Positions 8,905 through 20,588 of a stretch of 64,000 bases of DNA are shown here, one piece after another. Within the stretch, counting starts at the first letter, position 1. Every line of letters starts with the position of its first letter. This stretch comes from Vulcanimicrobiota bacterium (lineage in GTDB: Bacteria; Vulcanimicrobiota; Vulcanimicrobiia; Vulcanimicrobiales; Vulcanimicrobiaceae). The stretch is taken from NCBI GenBank assembly GCA_963695225.1, contig OY968762.1, positions 2,720,001-2,784,000 on the forward strand, in the 5' to 3' direction. The position numbers and the translations under genes are program-made. Below the pieces are notes generated by a model. It searched no databases. It was not told the DNA's origin and worked only from the letters and a program-made list of their open reading frames with translations.

Positions 8905-10000
8905 CGTTCCGACCGCCGCCGAGCAAGCGCGCGGCCTCGTCGTCGCGGTCGATCTCGAGGATCCGCGCCGCCCGCTCGAGCCGGAGCTGGAAGAATACGA
9001 AGCGCTGATCCGCGCGGCGGGTGCCGGCGTCGTCGCGCGCGTCGTGCAGAAGCGCGCGAGCGTCGATCCGGCGACGCTGGTCGGAAGCGGAAAGGCCGTC
9101 GAGATCGCGGCGCTCGCGCAAGCGCACGAAGCGACGACGATCTTCGTCTTCAACGATCTGCGGCCGCGGCAGCGCACGAACCTGGAGAAGGCGATTCCGC
9201 TTCCGATCGTCGATCGCACGATGGTGATCCTCGACGTCTTCGCGCAACGCGCGCGAAGCCGTGAAGGCCGGCTCCAAGTCGAGCTCGCGCAATTGCGTTA
9301 CCGGCAGGCGAATCTGATCGGCATCGGCGCGGCGCTCTCGCGCTTGGGGGGAGGCATCGGAACGCGCGGCCCCGGCGAGACGAAGCTCGAAGTCGATCGC
9401 CGGCGGATTCAAGCGAGGATCTCGGTATTGCGCGGCGCGCTCGAGGAAGTGCGCACGGCACGCACGACGCGCCGCTCGGAGGCCGGGAAGGAACCGCTCG
9501 TCGCGCTCGTCGGGTACACGAACGTCGGGAAGTCCTCGCTGCTCAACCGGCTCGCGCACGTCGCGGCGGCGCGCGGCGCGTTCGTGGCGGATCAGCCGTT
9601 CGCGACGCTCGATCCCACGCTGCGCCGCATCTACATCGCACCGAACCGCTTCGTCCGGCTCGCCGACACGGTCGGGTTCATCACGGACCTTCCGAAGGAA
9701 CTCGTCGCGGCGTTCCGCGCGACGCTCGAGGAACTCGAATACGCGGACTTGCTGCTGCACGTCTTCGACGCCTCGAACGCGGACTGGCCCCGCCAACTCG
9801 CCGGCGTCGAGGCAATCCTGCGCGATCTCGGGCTCGAGAACAAACCCTCGATCTTGGTCGCGAACAAGATCGACGCGCGCGGCGAGCAGCCGCTCCCGCC
9901 GGAGGCGCTCGGGGTCAGCGCGCGCACGGGCGAGGGGCTCGAACGGCTGCGGGCCGCGATCGCGCGGCGGCTCGGCTTCCCCGAGACCGTGCCCGAATGA
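8891..10000 (+). CDS. hflX: GTPase HflX
   Basis: ILDVFAQRA.S.EG.LQVELAQL, GGGIGTRGPGETKLE.DRR, GYTNVGKS, FATLDPT, DTVGF, NKID. Confidence 0.96.
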   Translation: MPRGSVPTAAEQARGLVVAVDLEDPRRPLEPELEEYEALIRAAGAGVVARVVQKRASVDPATLVGSGKAVEIAALAQAHEATTIFVFNDLRPRQRTNLEKAIPLPIVDRTMVILDVFAQRARSREGRLQVELAQLRYRQANLIGIGAALSRLGGGIGTRGPGETKLEVDRRRIQARISVLRGALEEVRTARTTRRSEAGKEPLVALVGYTNVGKSSLLNRLAHVAAARGAFVADQPFATLDPTLRRIYIAPNRFVRLADTVGFITDLPKELVAAFRATLEELEYADLLLHVFDASNADWPRQLAGVEAILRDLGLENKPSILVANKIDARGEQPLPPEALGVSARTGEGLERLRAAIARRLGFPETVPE

Positions 10001-10707
10001 GGCGCCTCGCTCTGCGCCCGTGGTTCGCGGCGGCGCTGTTCGTCCTCGCCGGTTGCGTCTCGCAGGCCCGCGATCGCGATACCGATCCGCTCGTCGCGAG
10101 CTTTCGCGCGTTGCGCCCGGCCGTCGTGCTCTTCACGCTGCGCGTCCCGAGCGACGATCCCAAACGGCGGGGGATGCTGGACGATGCGTATGGGACCGGG
10201 ATCGTCGTCGAGAGCGGAGGTTGGGGGAGCCGTATCCTGACCGTCGAGCACGTCGTTCACGACGCGCGCGTCATCCGCTTGACCATCAACGAGAAGAAAC
10301 GGGTTGCCGCGCGCGTGACGGTGAGCGACGCCGAGGCGGATCTCGCGATCGTCGAGACGAGCGAACCGGACCTGCGGGTCGCGACGCTCGGGGCATCGGC
10401 TCGCCTCGAGCCGGGGATGCCGATCGGCCTCGCGGGGTACCCGATCCCGGATGCCTTCGACGACGAGAAGCTCGGCCTAGCGACCTCCGTCTACGCAGGA
10501 CGGATCGCAAGCGTCCGGCACGACGCGCTCGAGATCGACGCGCCGGTCATCCCGGGGGAGAGCGGCGGCCCGATCTTCGATCCGGCGAGCGGGGACGTCC
10601 TCGGGCTCGCGGAGTCGCGCTTTGACGACGAACGCGCGATCGGGTTCGCGATCCCGATCGACGCGGCGCGGCGCTTTCTGGCGCTCCACCAGCGCCGCGC
10701 GCCGTAG
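9997..10707 (+). CDS. Trypsin-like (S1C-type, no PDZ) serine protease lipoprotein
   Basis: LAGC lipobox; triad TVEHVV / DLAIV / PGESGGP. Confidence 0.85.
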   Translation: MRRLALRPWFAAALFVLAGCVSQARDRDTDPLVASFRALRPAVVLFTLRVPSDDPKRRGMLDDAYGTGIVVESGGWGSRILTVEHVVHDARVIRLTINEKKRVAARVTVSDAEADLAIVETSEPDLRVATLGASARLEPGMPIGLAGYPIPDAFDDEKLGLATSVYAGRIASVRHDALEIDAPVIPGESGGPIFDPASGDVLGLAESRFDDERAIGFAIPIDAARRFLALHQRRAP

Positions 10708-10799
10708 CGCGCTCCGAAGGCGACGTTCGGCCCTCGACGGGGGGATGCCGGCGCGCTAACGTAAGAGGACGCGGGCGGCTCGTCCGTCGCCCCGGGGAG

Positions 10800-12526
10800 A
10801 TGAACCAACGGCTCGTTTAGGCCGGTCGTGCACATCCGCGCTCGCATCGTTTGGGACGGCGCTCTTTGCGCTCCTTGCCGCCGGTTGCTCCGGAGGGGGC
10901 GGAAGCGCGACGCCCGGAACTCCGCCACCGGTCCCGGGGGCGCTCGTCGATTGGCCGACCTACGGGTATAACGCGCAGCGAACCGGCGAAAGCCCGGACA
11001 CGACCATCACGCCCGCGAACGTCGGGACGCTGCGGGTCGCCTGGGCGCACCAGGGCCTCTCGGGCGGGGAGTTCAGCCTCGAATCCCAGCCGGTCGTCGC
11101 CACCAACGTCACGGTCGGCGGAACCAAGCGCGATTTGGTCTACGTCGGCGGAGGTTCCGGGACGGTCTACGCCTACGACGCGCTGACCGGCGCGCAGGTC
11201 TGGACGGCGGCCTTCCAGGCGGGCTCGTACACGTGCGTCGGCAGCCCGCCGGCGCCGTTCGGCGTGCAGGGGACGTTCGCGCTCGACCGCGCGAACGGCG
11301 TCATCTACGTTCCCGACGGCGTGCACAGGATCCACGCGCTCGACCTCGCGACGGGGGCGGACCGGTGGAGCGTCGACATCGTGGAGCCCGGCTCGGACGA
11401 CGGCTCGACCGCCGACCTGCACGCGTTCCTGCACACCGGGCTCAACCTCGTGAACGGGAAGCTCTACGCGGGGACCTCGGGCCTCTGCGATCTGACGCCG
11501 TGGCGGGGCCGGCTCGCCGTCGTCGACACGGCGACCCATGCGCTGGTGCGGACGTTCTACCCCGTCTACCGCGCCGCGCCGAATCCGCAACCGTACAGCG
11601 GCGGAGGCGTGTGGGGCTGGGGCGGCGCCTCCGCCGAACCGGACGGGAGCGCCGTGTACATCGGCGTCGGCAATGCGGACACGGCGTCGCAGACTGGTTC
11701 CTTCATCAGTGCTCCGACGCAGTCGGCCGCCTACGGTGAGAACGTCGTGAAGCTCTCGGGCGACCTCGCGAGCGTTCTCGGAGCGAACCTCCCGATCGAG
11801 CCGCCGCTCCCTCCGCCGGGGGACGACATCGACCTGAGCGGGACGCCGGTCCTCTTCCAACCCCCGGGCTGCCCGCCGCTTCTCGCCGTCCAAGGGAAAG
11901 AGGGGTACCTGTTCGTCTACAACCGGACGAACCTGGGAGCGGGGCCGATTTCCGTCAACCAGTACTCCGTGACCTCGGACAACGCGTATTACATGGGGGC
12001 GCCGGCCTATTCCGCGCAAACGGGGTACCTCTACGCTTCCGTTGCGACGGCGGGCTCGGCGAGCGGGTTCGCGCCCGGGCTCGTGATGCTGCAGCCGGCC
12101 GCGGGCTGCACGTCGTTCTCCGTCGTGGCGCACCCCGCGTTCGGGCCGGATTCGCAGGACCCGTCGATGCCGAACAACGAGAATCCGCGCTCGACGCCGA
12201 CGGTCGTGAACGGTGTGGTGTTCTTGGGAACGCCGGACGGCATCTTATGGGCGCGGGACGCAAAGACGGGCGCCGCGCTCTGGGACAGCAACAGCGGCGG
12301 AGCGTGGCTGAAGAACACCTCGGGTGGCGACGAGATCCGGTTCGGCCCGGCGGTGACCGGCGGCTACGTGTACGTCGTCGAGACCGAAAGCGCTTCGCTC
12401 TACGCGCTGACCGTCAATCAGACGGGCGCGGCTGCGACGGTCCGCCGGCCGTTGCCGGCGGCGGTGGTCCGGCGGCCGCACCACCGCAACCGCCTCGTCG
12501 GGGCCCTGTTAGAACAGGGGCGTTAG
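10800..12526 (+). CDS. PQQ-like beta-propeller lipoprotein; 5' end apparently frameshifted
   Basis: The frame of ORF 11135 is open upstream to a TAA at 10757-10759 and encodes a lipobox (FALLAAGC) and DWPTYGYNAQRTG; repeated DALTG..W / DAKTG..W propeller motifs; no in-frame start before the lipobox. Confidence 0.7.
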
Positions 12527-12880
12527 CGCGATCGGCGGCAACGCCGGGTTCTCGCCGGTGCCGACGACGACCGTGATGCCCGGCGTTTCGGCGTAGCCGT
12601 CGGCGGTGATCACGAGCGTCTGGTTCCCGACCGGAACGCACGAGCCGGTCCCTCCGATTCGGAACGAACCGTCCGGGGCGAGGCGCGCCGTACACGTCGA
12701 ACCGACCGAAACGATTCCGTTGGCGACAGGGGCAAGCGTCTTTGCGTTGTACACCCGCCCGACCAGGACGCCGTAATCCTGAACGCCGATCGCGTTCGGG
12801 TTGACGCAGCCGGCAAGGGAGAAGAGCGCCGCGGCGGCCGGCCCGATGCGACGCGCGAGAGAATGTAACGGTCTACCCAT
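12509..12880 (-). CDS. Small lipoprotein with carboxypeptidase-regulatory-like (prealbumin-fold) domain
   Basis: LAGC lipobox; [32 protein letters not shown]. Confidence 0.7.
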   Translation of the reverse strand: MGRPLHSLARRIGPAAAALFSLAGCVNPNAIGVQDYGVLVGRVYNAKTLAPVANGIVSVGSTCTARLAPDGSFRIGGTGSCVPVGNQTLVITADGYAETPGITVVVGTGENPALPPIALTPLF

Positions 12881-12938
12881 ATATACACGGCGACTGCGGC
12901 GGAGGATGGCCAGGACCCTTGCGAAACTGGAGGCTCAC

Positions 12939-13292
12939 ATGAATCCGTACGGTCCCGTTGCCATCTTCCTCGCAGTGGCGGCAGTTCTATCGTTTGCCAT
13001 GATCGTGGTTCCGGGCCTCGCCGCGCGCAAGAAACCGAATCCCGTCAAGGCGGAAGCCTACGAGTGCGGCGCGATTTCGGAGACCGGGGTCTCGGGCAGG
13101 TTCCCCGTGCGCTTCTATCTGATCGCGATGCTCTTCGTCGTCTTCGACGTGGAAGCGGCCTCGCTGTATCCGTGGGCCGTGCAGATGCACGCGCTACGCC
13201 TCTTCGGGTTGCTCGAGATGGTCGCGTTCGTCATCGTCCTCGGGATCGGATACGCCTACGTCTGGCGCAAGGGCGGTTTCCAATGGAGATGA
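12939..13292 (+). CDS. nuoA: NADH-quinone oxidoreductase subunit A
   Basis: [36 protein letters not shown] before ATG 12939. Confidence 0.95.
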   Translation: MNPYGPVAIFLAVAAVLSFAMIVVPGLAARKKPNPVKAEAYECGAISETGVSGRFPVRFYLIAMLFVVFDVEAASLYPWAVQMHALRLFGLLEMVAFVIVLGIGYAYVWRKGGFQWR

Positions 13293-13765
13293 TGCCGGGC
13301 CAGCAGTTCATGCTGGCGAAGCTCGACGACGTCGCGCGCTGGGCGCAGGCCTCGAGCGTCTGGCCGCTCACGATGGGGCTCGCGTGCTGCGCGATCGAGA
13401 TGATGAGCGTACAGGCGCCCCAGTACGACATCGCGCGCCTCGGCGCCGAAGTCTTCCGCGCATCGCCGCGGCAGGCCGACCTGATGATCGTCTCCGGCCG
13501 CCTCTGCCAAAAGATGGCACCGGTGATCCGGCGCCTCTGGGAACAGATGGCCGACCCGAAGTGGGTGATTTCGATGGGCGCGTGCGCGAGTTCGGGCGGC
13601 GTCTTCGACAACTACGCGGTCGTGCAGGGCGTCGATACCGTGATTCCCGTCGATGTCTACATTCCGGGCTGCCCGCCGACGCCGGATGCCCTGCTCTACG
13701 CCGTGACTCTGCTGCAACAGCAGATCCGCGAGGGCGGCCGCGGCGGGATCCTCGCCCGCTCCTGA
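13289..13765 (+). CDS. nuoB: NADH-quinone oxidoreductase subunit B
   Basis: [36 protein letters not shown] overlap with nuoA. Confidence 0.96.
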   Translation: MMPGQQFMLAKLDDVARWAQASSVWPLTMGLACCAIEMMSVQAPQYDIARLGAEVFRASPRQADLMIVSGRLCQKMAPVIRRLWEQMADPKWVISMGACASSGGVFDNYAVVQGVDTVIPVDVYIPGCPPTPDALLYAVTLLQQQIREGGRGGILARS

Positions 13766-13823
13766 CTCGCTCGCCGAAGATCCCCTTTCGCCTCACTCAC
13801 GCTTCGCAAGGGAGAGTCAATCG

Positions 13824-14432
13824 TTGCCTAGCTCTCAAGCGCCGCTCCCCGGCGGCACCGCGATCGATCCGACGAGCGTTCGCCCCGACCTCGACGACGC
13901 CGCCGTCGAGCGCGTCGAGCGGGATGCCCTGCGCCACCGGCTGCGGCAACTGCGCGAAGCGGGGATGACGATGCTGCTCGATATCGGCGCCGTGGACTAC
14001 CTCGAACGCGTCCCGCGCTTCGACGTGGTCTACCATCTCCTCGCGCTGCCGGCGGGGAAGAGCGACGTCATGCAGGTCGGAACTCCCAAGCGCGTTCGTT
14101 TGCTCGTCGGCGTCCCGGGCGAGGACGCGCATCTGCCGAGCGTGACCGACCTGTGGGTCAACGCGGATTGGGCAGAGCGCGAGGTCTTCGACTTGTTCGG
14201 GATCGCGTTCGACGGACACCCCGATCTGCGCCGCGTGCAAATGCCCTACGATTGGGAAGGGCATCCGTTGCGCAAGGATTACCCGCTACGCGGCCCCGCG
14301 AGCGAACGCGCGCCCCGGCCGGCGTTCGCGAACAAGAGCAACGTCCCGGCGGGGACGCCGCCTTCGAGCAAAGTGGCGGAAGCGCTACAGCGCCGAATCG
14401 CGCGCGCGCGCGGCGAGGAGCCCGCGAAGTGA
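13824..14432 (+). CDS. nuoC: NADH-quinone oxidoreductase subunit C
   Basis: [29 protein letters not shown]. Confidence 0.94.
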   Translation: MPSSQAPLPGGTAIDPTSVRPDLDDAAVERVERDALRHRLRQLREAGMTMLLDIGAVDYLERVPRFDVVYHLLALPAGKSDVMQVGTPKRVRLLVGVPGEDAHLPSVTDLWVNADWAEREVFDLFGIAFDGHPDLRRVQMPYDWEGHPLRKDYPLRGPASERAPRPAFANKSNVPAGTPPSSKVAEALQRRIARARGEEPAK

Positions 14433-15643
14433 GCATCGAGCCGCTCGCCATGGATGTCGTCGCGCGCGACGACCACTCGATGACGCTGTCCCTGGGGCCG
14501 CAGCATCCGTCGACGCACGGCGTCCTTCAGGTCGTCGTCGAGCTCAGCGGCGAAACCGTCACGAAAGCGGAGATGGAGATCGGATATCTCCACACCGGCA
14601 TCGAGAAGACGGCCGAGAACCTGTTCTGGACGCAGGCCTCGACCGTGATCGAGCGGATGGACTACCTTTCGCCGCTCTCGAACGCGCTCTGCTACATCCT
14701 CGCCGTTGAAAGGCTGCTCGGCATCACGGACCAAATCCCCGAGCGAGCGCAGCACGTTCGCGTCTTGATGTGCGAGCTCACGCGGATCACGTCGCATTGC
14801 GTCTCGCTCGGGACGCACGCGATCGATATCGGCGCGATCACGCCGTTCTGGTACCTGTTCGACGTACGCGAGAACATCCTCGATCTCATCGAGGATGCGG
14901 GCGGCGCTCGGATGCATCCGAATTACCTGCGCATCGGCGGGCTCAACGGCGATCTTCCGGCGGGCTTCCTTGAGAAACTCGACGACCTGATCGAGAAGTT
15001 TCCCGGCCGCATGCACGATCTGCGCGCGCTGCTGCAGAACAACCCGATCTTCCGCGACCGCACGATCGACGTGGGGATCCTTTCCGGGGCGGAAGCAGTG
15101 GCGTGGGGTTGCACCGGGCCCGTGCTGCGCGGCAGCGGGGTCTCGTACGACGTCCGTAGGGCGTATCCGTATTCCGGGTACGACCAGTATGAATTCGACG
15201 TGCCCGTGCGGCAAGAGGGCGATGCGTACGCGCGTTTCCTCGTGCGCCTCGACGAGATGGACGAATCGATGCGCATCGTCGCGCAAGCGCGTAAGAAGCT
15301 CGCAAAGCCGGGCCCGATCGCGATCGCCGACACGAAGTTCGCGCCTCCTCCGAAAGAGGCGATCGCCGTCTCGATGGAGGCGCTGATCCATCACTTCAAG
15401 ATCGTGAGCGAAGGCTTCCGCGTTCCGCCGGGCGACGTCTATCAAGCGGTCGAATCGCCGCGCGGCGAGCTCGGCTATTACGTCGTCTCGAACGGCGGGA
15501 ACCGGCCCTATCGCGTCCGGACGCGGCCGCCGTCGCTGTACAACCTGCAGGTCCTCAAGAAGATCGCGATCGGGAATCTGATCTCCGACATCGTCGTCAT
15601 GATCGGCTCGCTCGACCCCGTTTTCGGCGAGGTCGATCGATGA
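14429..15643 (+). CDS. nuoD: NADH-quinone oxidoreductase subunit D
   Basis: [44 protein letters not shown] overlap with nuoC. Confidence 0.96.
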   Translation: MSIEPLAMDVVARDDHSMTLSLGPQHPSTHGVLQVVVELSGETVTKAEMEIGYLHTGIEKTAENLFWTQASTVIERMDYLSPLSNALCYILAVERLLGITDQIPERAQHVRVLMCELTRITSHCVSLGTHAIDIGAITPFWYLFDVRENILDLIEDAGGARMHPNYLRIGGLNGDLPAGFLEKLDDLIEKFPGRMHDLRALLQNNPIFRDRTIDVGILSGAEAVAWGCTGPVLRGSGVSYDVRRAYPYSGYDQYEFDVPVRQEGDAYARFLVRLDEMDESMRIVAQARKKLAKPGPIAIADTKFAPPPKEAIAVSMEALIHHFKIVSEGFRVPPGDVYQAVESPRGELGYYVVSNGGNRPYRVRTRPPSLYNLQVLKKIAIGNLISDIVVMIGSLDPVFGEVDR

Positions 15644-16242
15644 ACGAGGTCGCGCTGACGGCGGGGCGCGCGCTCGCGCTCGGCCTCACGCTGGCCGCAC
15701 CGATCGGTCCGATGGCCGTCCTGCTCATGCGCCGGACGCTCGTCGAAGGTTTGGCCGCGGGGTTCGTCTGCGGAGCGGGGATCGCGACCGCCGACGCTCT
15801 CTACGCGGCGCTTGCGGCGGCCGGCATCGCGGGCGTCTCGGCCTTCCTCGCGGCGCACGCGAGCGTCGTCCATCTCGTCGCGGGCGCGATCATGATCGCG
15901 ATCGGCGCACGCATGCTCTTCGCGCCGGGCGCGGAGCCGAAATCCTCGAGCGCGAGCGGCCGGTATCTCGAGACCGTCTTCCTGACGCTGACGAACCCGA
16001 TGACGATCCTCACCTACGCCGCCGCGTTCAACTTGCTCGCGCCGGTCGGCTCGTTCGATCCGCGCCTGGCCGCCGTCTCCGTCGTGGGCGTTTTCGCCGG
16101 GTCGATGCTCTGGTGGATCGGGCTCGGGTTCGCGGTTTCCCGGATGCGCCACGTCATCGGGGACTCGCTGAGGCTGGCGATCGACCGGGTCGCCGGCGTC
16201 CTCGTCATCCTCTTCGGCGCCCGCACGGCGGTGACGCGTTGA
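15640..16242 (+). CDS. LysE-family translocator
   Basis: AAPIGP, G.G.ATADA.Y, LTLTNPMTI, six hydrophobic segments; ATGA-coupled to nuoD. Confidence 0.88.
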   Translation: MNEVALTAGRALALGLTLAAPIGPMAVLLMRRTLVEGLAAGFVCGAGIATADALYAALAAAGIAGVSAFLAAHASVVHLVAGAIMIAIGARMLFAPGAEPKSSSASGRYLETVFLTLTNPMTILTYAAAFNLLAPVGSFDPRLAAVSVVGVFAGSMLWWIGLGFAVSRMRHVIGDSLRLAIDRVAGVLVILFGARTAVTR

Positions 16243-16331
16243 TTTGTTTGTGCCCTCAGGCAAGCATTTGGGGTGGACGCGTTGAACCGCGGAACCTCCG
16301 GCCGCGGCCGATGCGCAGCCCCGAGGATTAG

Positions 16332-17078
16332 ATGACTGAATCCAGAGACTTCGCGGCGACGAAGACGACGGTCGAGTCGCAGGCTAGGCACCTGATCGCG
16401 CAATACCCCGAGTCGCGCTCGGCCTTGCTGCCGATCCTGCACGCCTTCCAGAACCTCGAAGGCTGGGTCTCGCCGGAGGCGATGGCGGCCGCGGCGGAGT
16501 GGCTCGCCCTGCCGCTCTCGGTCGTTGAATCCACGGCCTCGTTCTACACGCTGTTCTTCCGCAAGCCGGTCGGCAAGTACATGCTGCAGCCCTGCCGCGG
16601 TCTCGCCTGCGCGATCAACGGCGCGGAGGAGACGATGGGGTATTTCCGCGAGAAGCTCGGGATCGGGAATCTCGAAACGACCGCGGACGGGCTCTTTTCG
16701 TACGAAGAGGTCGAGTGTCTCGCCGCGTGCGATCGCGCGCCGTGCATGCAGGTCAACCTCGAGTTCATCTACGACCTGACGCCGGAGAAGATCGACGCGA
16801 TGATCGATGCGATGCGGGCGGGGACGTTCGACGTCGCGCCGATGCCGCAGAGCGTCGCGCCGGGGCCGACCTGGCAAGTCGGTCAGGATCCGCCGAAGCG
16901 CTCGCCGGGAGCGCAGGGCGTCGCCGACCCGAACGCAGCGGGAGGGATCGGCGACGCGAGCGGCCGCCGCATGCTCGCGCGTTTGGCGAAGGAGCCTGCG
17001 CCGGTCGAGGCCCGCCCGACGAACGAACGAGCGATCCTGGAGGGCTCGAGCGCCCCGCCGAACGGGAGCGCGCATTAG
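16332..17078 (+). CDS. nuoE: NADH-quinone oxidoreductase subunit E (C-terminally extended)
   Basis: SALLPILH, ASFYTLF, C.GLAC and ECLAAC..AP 2Fe-2S ligands. Confidence 0.94.
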   Translation: MTESRDFAATKTTVESQARHLIAQYPESRSALLPILHAFQNLEGWVSPEAMAAAAEWLALPLSVVESTASFYTLFFRKPVGKYMLQPCRGLACAINGAEETMGYFREKLGIGNLETTADGLFSYEEVECLAACDRAPCMQVNLEFIYDLTPEKIDAMIDAMRAGTFDVAPMPQSVAPGPTWQVGQDPPKRSPGAQGVADPNAAGGIGDASGRRMLARLAKEPAPVEARPTNERAILEGSSAPPNGSAH

Positions 17079-17079
17079 C

Positions 17080-18354
17080 ATGCAGTTGGAGAAAGTGCTC
17101 ACGGCCGGGATCGGCGAGTTGAATCTGCGCGATCTCGAGGTCTATCGCGCGCAGGGCGGGTACGCGCAGTTCGAGCGCGCCGTGACCGCGCTCAAACCCG
17201 CAGAGGTCGTCGACGCCACGTTGAAATCGGGCTTGCGCGGCCGCGGCGGCGCGGGCTTTCCGACGGGCAGGAAGTGGCAGTTCCTGCCGAACGACGGGCG
17301 CCCGCGCTACATGGTGTGCAATTGCGACGAGGCGGAGCCGGGGACGTTCAAGGATCACATGCTGCTCGAAGAGACGCCGCATCAGGTGATCGAGGGCATC
17401 CTGATCGGTTCGTACGCGATCGGCGCGCGGCACGCGTTCATGTTCATTCGCGGCGAATTCAAGCGCGGCTACGAGATCTTCATGGCCGCGGTCGAAGAGG
17501 CGCGCCGCGCCGGATACATCGGCGAGAACCTGTTCGGCACGGACTACTCGCTCGAGATGACCGTGCATCGCGGAGCGGGCGCCTACATCTGCGGAGAAGA
17601 GACGGCGTTGCTCAACGCCGTCGAAGGGCGCCGCGGCGAGCCGCGCCTGAAGCCGCCGTTCCCGGCGGTGAAGGGACTCTACGGCCAACCGACCGTCGTC
17701 AACAACGTCGAGACGCTCGGGTATCTGCCGCACATCCTGCGGCGCGGCCCGGAATGGTTCGCGAAGGTCGGGACGGAGCGCTCGACCGGCTACAAAGTCG
17801 TCTCGATCAGCGGGCACGTGCGCAAACCGGGGAATTACGAGATCCCGCTCGGCTTGCCGATTCGCGCGCTGATCGACGAGGTCGCCGGCGGTTTGCGGCC
17901 GGGTCGCACGTTCAAGGCCATCCAGCCGGGCGGCGGATCGTCGGCGTGCCTGTTCGAGGAGCATCTCGATCTCGGCTACGATTACGAGTCGCTCGCGGCC
18001 AACGGCACGATGCTCGGCTCGGGCGCCGTCGTCGTCTTCGACGACACGACCGATTTCGTGAAGGCCGCGCACGCGCTCGTGCGCTTCTTCGCGCACGAAT
18101 CGTGCGGGCAATGCACGCCCTGCCGGGAAGGCGGGCACTGGCTCGAGACGATGCTCGAGCGCATCCTGCACGGACAAGGACGGCTCTCGGATATCGATAT
18201 GCTGCTGGCCGTCAGCCGGCAGATGACGGGCCTCAACCTCTGCCCGCTCGGCGATTCGATCGAGCCGTTCTTGGCCTCGGTCGTCAAGCGCTTCCCCGAG
18301 CAATTCCGGGCCTACGTCGAGGGCGCGGCGCCCGCCGTCGCGGGGGCGCGCTAG
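17080..18354 (+). CDS. nuoF: NADH-quinone oxidoreductase subunit F
   Basis: SGLRGRGGAGFPTG.KW, DEAEPGTFKD, GAGAYICGEETAL, HESCGQCTPCREG. Confidence 0.97.
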   Translation: MQLEKVLTAGIGELNLRDLEVYRAQGGYAQFERAVTALKPAEVVDATLKSGLRGRGGAGFPTGRKWQFLPNDGRPRYMVCNCDEAEPGTFKDHMLLEETPHQVIEGILIGSYAIGARHAFMFIRGEFKRGYEIFMAAVEEARRAGYIGENLFGTDYSLEMTVHRGAGAYICGEETALLNAVEGRRGEPRLKPPFPAVKGLYGQPTVVNNVETLGYLPHILRRGPEWFAKVGTERSTGYKVVSISGHVRKPGNYEIPLGLPIRALIDEVAGGLRPGRTFKAIQPGGGSSACLFEEHLDLGYDYESLAANGTMLGSGAVVVFDDTTDFVKAAHALVRFFAHESCGQCTPCREGGHWLETMLERILHGQGRLSDIDMLLAVSRQMTGLNLCPLGDSIEPFLASVVKRFPEQFRAYVEGAAPAVAGAR

Positions 18355-20588
18355 TGGCGAAAGACGTCACGCTCACGATCGACGGGGTCTCCGTCACCGT
18401 CCCCGAGGGGACGCTCCTCGTCGATGCGGCGAAGCGGATCCACACCGACATTCCGGTCTATTGCTATCACGAGAAGCTCGGGCCGGCGGGCCTCTGCCGC
18501 ATGTGCTTGGTCGACGTCGCGAAGACGCCGAAACTGCAGATCGCGTGCAACACGACGGTCGCTGAAGGGATGATCGTCGAGACGCGCGGGAAGAAGGTCG
18601 AAGAGGGGCGGCGCGCGGTCCTCGAGTTCTTGCTGGTCAACCACCCGCTCGATTGCCCGATCTGCGACAAGGGCGGCGAATGCGACCTGCAAGACTACGC
18701 GATGGCGTACGGCCAGGGCGCTTCGCGCCTTGCCGAACCGAAGGGGAGCAAGCCCAAGGCGATCGATCTCGGGCCGACGATCGTGCTCGACGACGAGCGC
18801 TGCGTCGTCTGCCAACGCTGTTCGCGCTTCGACGAGATCATCACGAACGAATGCTCGCTCGTCGTCAAAGACCGCGGGCAGCGCGACGTCATTTCGACGG
18901 CGACCGGCGAGCCGTACGTCTCGGATTTCAGCGGGAACGTGACGGAACTTTGCCCGGTCGGAGCGCTGACCTCGAAGACGTATCGTTTCAAGTCGCGCCC
19001 GTGGGACTTGAACCGGACGCGCACGTCGTGCATGCAGTGCAGCCTCGGGTGCGGCGTGAATCTCGACGCGCGTTTCGGCGAAGTGCTGCGCGTGATGTCG
19101 GCCGACGACGACGATGCGAACTCGGAAGGCTGGCTCTGCGATCGCGGCCGCTACAACGTCGCCTACGCGAAGGACGCGCGGCGCCTGACCTCGCCGCTGT
19201 TGCGCCGCGAGGGCGAGTGGGTGCAGATCGGCTGGGACGAGGCGATCGCGCTCTGGGCACGATCGCTGCGCGACGCCGCGCCGGAGGAGATCGCCGCGCT
19301 CGGCGGCGGTCGCCTGTTGAACGAGGAGGCGTACCTGCTGCAGCACGTCTACCGGGCGGCCGGAGCGCGGCATCTCGATTGGCGCGCCGGCCGCCAGCGC
19401 ATGGCGTTGCCGCCGCTCCCCGGAACCCCGGCGGACCTCGAGACGGCCGACGCGATCGTCACGTACGGCCGCCCGCCCGCGCAGCTCGCCCCGGTCCTCG
19501 ATCTGCGTATTCGCAAAGCGGTCAAGCGGGCCGGCGCGACGCTGATCTCGCTCGGCGCGCATCGCGCAGGATCGCGCGTCGCGGAGAAGCACGCGAACAC
19601 GATCGAGGAACTCGACGCGGCGCTTCCGGCGGAATACTCGCGTCTCGCGGTCGTGTGGGACGGCATCGACGGCCCGCTCAACGAGGCGTTCGCGGCTTGG
19701 TGCTTCGCGCGCCGGGCTGCCGGGAAAACGGTCTTCGCGTACGTCCCTTCCGAGCAGCCGAACGGACGCGGCGCCGAGGCGATGGGGATGCTCCCTCGCG
19801 ACGGCGGGCTCGAAAGCTTCGGCATCTTCGGGGCGGCGCGCGAGGGACGGATCCGGACGCTCGCGATCCTCGGCGCGAATCCGATGTTGCGCTTCCCCGA
19901 TCGCGCGCTCGTCGAAGAGGCGCTCGCGCGCACGCCGTTCGTGGTCGTCAGCGAACTGTTCATGACGGAAACCGCCGAGCGCGCGACGCTGGTCCTGCCC
20001 GCCGCAGGGCCGTTCGAAAAGCGCGGAACGATGCTCAATCTGAGCGGCAACCTCGTTTCGATCGCGCCCGGTGTCCCCGCGCCCGAAGGCGTCCTCTCCG
20101 ACGGCGAGATGCTCGTCGCGCTCGGCGCGGAACTCGGCGTCGCGCTACCGGCCCCGGAGCGCCTCGAGGCCGCCGTGCTCGAACTCGCCTGCGCGGAGCG
20201 CGCGATCGGGGCCGCGCCGCACGAACGCCCGCCGCTCTCCGGCGGCGGGAGGCTGACGCTCCTCGTCGATTCGCCGATCTTCAGCGGCGGCGGGACGAGC
20301 GCGTTCGACGAACGGATCGCGGCCCTGCGCCCGCAGGCGCGCGCGCGCGTTTGCGCGGCGACCGCTCGCGAGCTGGGGATCGCGGCGGGCGACGCCGTCG
20401 ATCTCGACGGCGGCGGCGAACGGTTGCTGCGCGGGCTCGCGGTCGCCATAGACGACGCGCTCGCGCCGGGGACGGTTGCGATCGTCGACGGCTTGCCCGG
20501 ATTCCCCGCGAACGCGCTCGGCCCCGCGGATACCGTCGCGCTCGTCGCCGTGCGGCCGGCTCGGGATCTCGCGGAGTCGAAGGCGTGA
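18354..20588 (+). CDS. nuoG: NADH-quinone oxidoreductase subunit G
   Basis: [44 protein letters not shown]...CDRGR. Confidence 0.95.
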   Translation: MAKDVTLTIDGVSVTVPEGTLLVDAAKRIHTDIPVYCYHEKLGPAGLCRMCLVDVAKTPKLQIACNTTVAEGMIVETRGKKVEEGRRAVLEFLLVNHPLDCPICDKGGECDLQDYAMAYGQGASRLAEPKGSKPKAIDLGPTIVLDDERCVVCQRCSRFDEIITNECSLVVKDRGQRDVISTATGEPYVSDFSGNVTELCPVGALTSKTYRFKSRPWDLNRTRTSCMQCSLGCGVNLDARFGEVLRVMSADDDDANSEGWLCDRGRYNVAYAKDARRLTSPLLRREGEWVQIGWDEAIALWARSLRDAAPEEIAALGGGRLLNEEAYLLQHVYRAAGARHLDWRAGRQRMALPPLPGTPADLETADAIVTYGRPPAQLAPVLDLRIRKAVKRAGATLISLGAHRAGSRVAEKHANTIEELDAALPAEYSRLAVVWDGIDGPLNEAFAAWCFARRAAGKTVFAYVPSEQPNGRGAEAMGMLPRDGGLESFGIFGAAREGRIRTLAILGANPMLRFPDRALVEEALARTPFVVVSELFMTETAERATLVLPAAGPFEKRGTMLNLSGNLVSIAPGVPAPEGVLSDGEMLVALGAELGVALPAPERLEAAVLELACAERAIGAAPHERPPLSGGGRLTLLVDSPIFSGGGTSAFDERIAALRPQARARVCAATARELGIAAGDAVDLDGGGERLLRGLAVAIDDALAPGTVAIVDGLPGFPANALGPADTVALVAVRPARDLAESKA

